From: Cenococcum geophilum
Taxonomy: Eukaryota
Reading direction: 5' to 3'
DNA length: 64,000 nt
Assembly (NCBI GenBank): GCA_050273025.1
Contig: CP158636.1
Location: forward strand, 806,001-870,000
Made by a program: the position numbers and the translations under genes
Notes under the pieces: generated by a model
Told to the model about the DNA's origin: nothing
The model's input: the letters and a program-made list of their open reading frames with translations, nothing else
The model's database searches: none
Shown here: positions 62,601 to 64,000 of the stretch, in pieces
Layout of the letters: each line of letters starts with the position of its first letter
How positions within the stretch are numbered: position 1 is the first letter of the stretch

Positions 62601-64000
62601 GCGGGAGATAGGTATAAGGTTGGGCGTTATAGTAGCGCGGTTTCTATTATCTAGGTCTTAGTAGTTCTATAACTAGTCCTTACTATAATATAAGCTATAG
62701 TGTGCGTATATAGTATATAGCTTAGTTCTAGGTATTAGGCTAGGCGGCTAGGGTTTAAATAGTGCCTAGGTTAGGGTTAGATTCTTAATAGTACCTTCTT
62801 CCTTAGTCTCGGTAGGGCTGGCTAGCCCGTCGTTTTAGTCTTAAGTACTAGGGTAGTCTAGTCTTCTACTATCTCGTTTCTTTGCAGCTATATAGGCTCC
62901 CCTTTATTAGGAACGTCTTCTACTATTAGGGCTTTATATATAGTCCTAGGCATTAGGCTTAGTAGTGCTAAGTATTTATATAGGGCATCCCTACTAACGT
63001 TGGTTATCCCCCACGGGAGGTAGTGCCTAGAGTAGTAGTCTAAGTTAAAGCAGATCTTAAGTTTCCTAAAGCTAGGATAGGGCTTATGCTTCTAAAGCCA
63101 GGGTATACCTAGAATAATTAGGGTAGTAGGCGAGAGTTTAGTAATAAAAAAGAGTATGGCTTTAGTATGGAGGCCGATTAATATTTAGGCGGTAAAGTAG
63201 TCTATAATAAGTGAAGTTAGGATGCTGTCTATAAGGCGCAGTAGCCTAGGTACCAGCAGCTTCTTAGTTATAATATTATACTTTCTTATAATAGACTCTA
63301 TATCGGCAAATGCCATTATAGTACTACTGAAGTCCACTAGGCTTATTATATTAATATAAACTTAGGGGTATAAGGTACGTAATAAGGAGAGTTAGGTTTA
63401 AATAAGGATTAATTTTTTGTTACTATTTACTAATCTAAGATTAAGTAGCAGTTTACTAATAAAAAGGACTAATTAATCTAGTAATAGGGACTTAATCTTC
63501 TTGTCTTCCTCCTTATATGGTTTAGACCCTTAGACGCAACTTAGTCTAAGGGTTTACCTTTTAACGACTAGGGTATAGAGCTGTCTTAGTGGGGCGGTCT
63601 AGTGTCCGTCTAGCTAGCGGTATTAGTTTTAGTTTCGGTTAGGGTATAGGAAGACAATACCTCGCTAATAACGTGGCTATGTTTATATTCGCTAGCGTGA
63701 AGTCGCCAATACTAGGCGTTGTTAACGGGTTGGGCTCCTATATAAGGCATAGTTTAGAGTAACTAAGCCGTAGGGTTAAAGGGGGGGGGTTGTCCGCCGC
63801 GGCCATAATAGGCTCTGTGGTTGCCGCGTCTATAATAGACTTTACGGTTACTATATCCGCGGTTATTAGTTTACGTTATTTAATAGGGTAGTATTAGGAC
63901 TGGGTTTACTATCTTAGCGGGGTTATAGGCATTCTTTTAGTAGCCGGGTAGGCTATAGGCAAGGTACAGTCTATTATTAACGTGGCGCTTATACTCCGTG

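Larger units (their letters stand above)
49529..64000 (-). mobile_element. Gypsy-type element B (3' LTR 49529-49715; IN/RH/RT/PR/gag relics run off the window), host of elements C and D
   Basis: PPT next to the LTR (complement of GTACTCCTCTCCCCT). Integrase GPY motif 'KWDGPYPV' at ~50460. RT 'CTAYLNDVFI' at ~61550 (YLDD after RIP). Confidence 0.85.

Overview
Filamentous ascomycete (Pezizomycotina) genomic DNA. A gene island of about 41 kb (~7.3-48.0 kb) lies between two AT/TpA-rich blocks of RIP-degenerated transposons: a Tad1-like LINE and unclassified relics on the left, and four nested Ty3/gypsy-type LTR elements on the right. The island holds a DUF676 lipase-like gene, a hypothetical Cys-rich protein, nested MITE/pogo relics, a Zn2Cys6 transcription factor, a cyclin and a secondary-metabolite cluster (NRPS, MFS exporter, P5C-reductase paralogue, 2OG-Fe(II) dioxygenase). 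Two observations stand out. (1) The two NRPS ORFs are the halves of one gene. A ~17.6 kb inversion with ACCA microhomology broke it inside a T domain, and the halves rejoin in frame. (2) A TE-flanked four-gene module encodes a TPR-CHAT protease, a caspase-family protease, an unannotated 89-aa SH3-barrel-like protein and a DUF6594-like membrane protein; it looks like a candidate protease-cascade immunity or cell-death system. All domain calls are by-eye motif recognition and no database searches were run.
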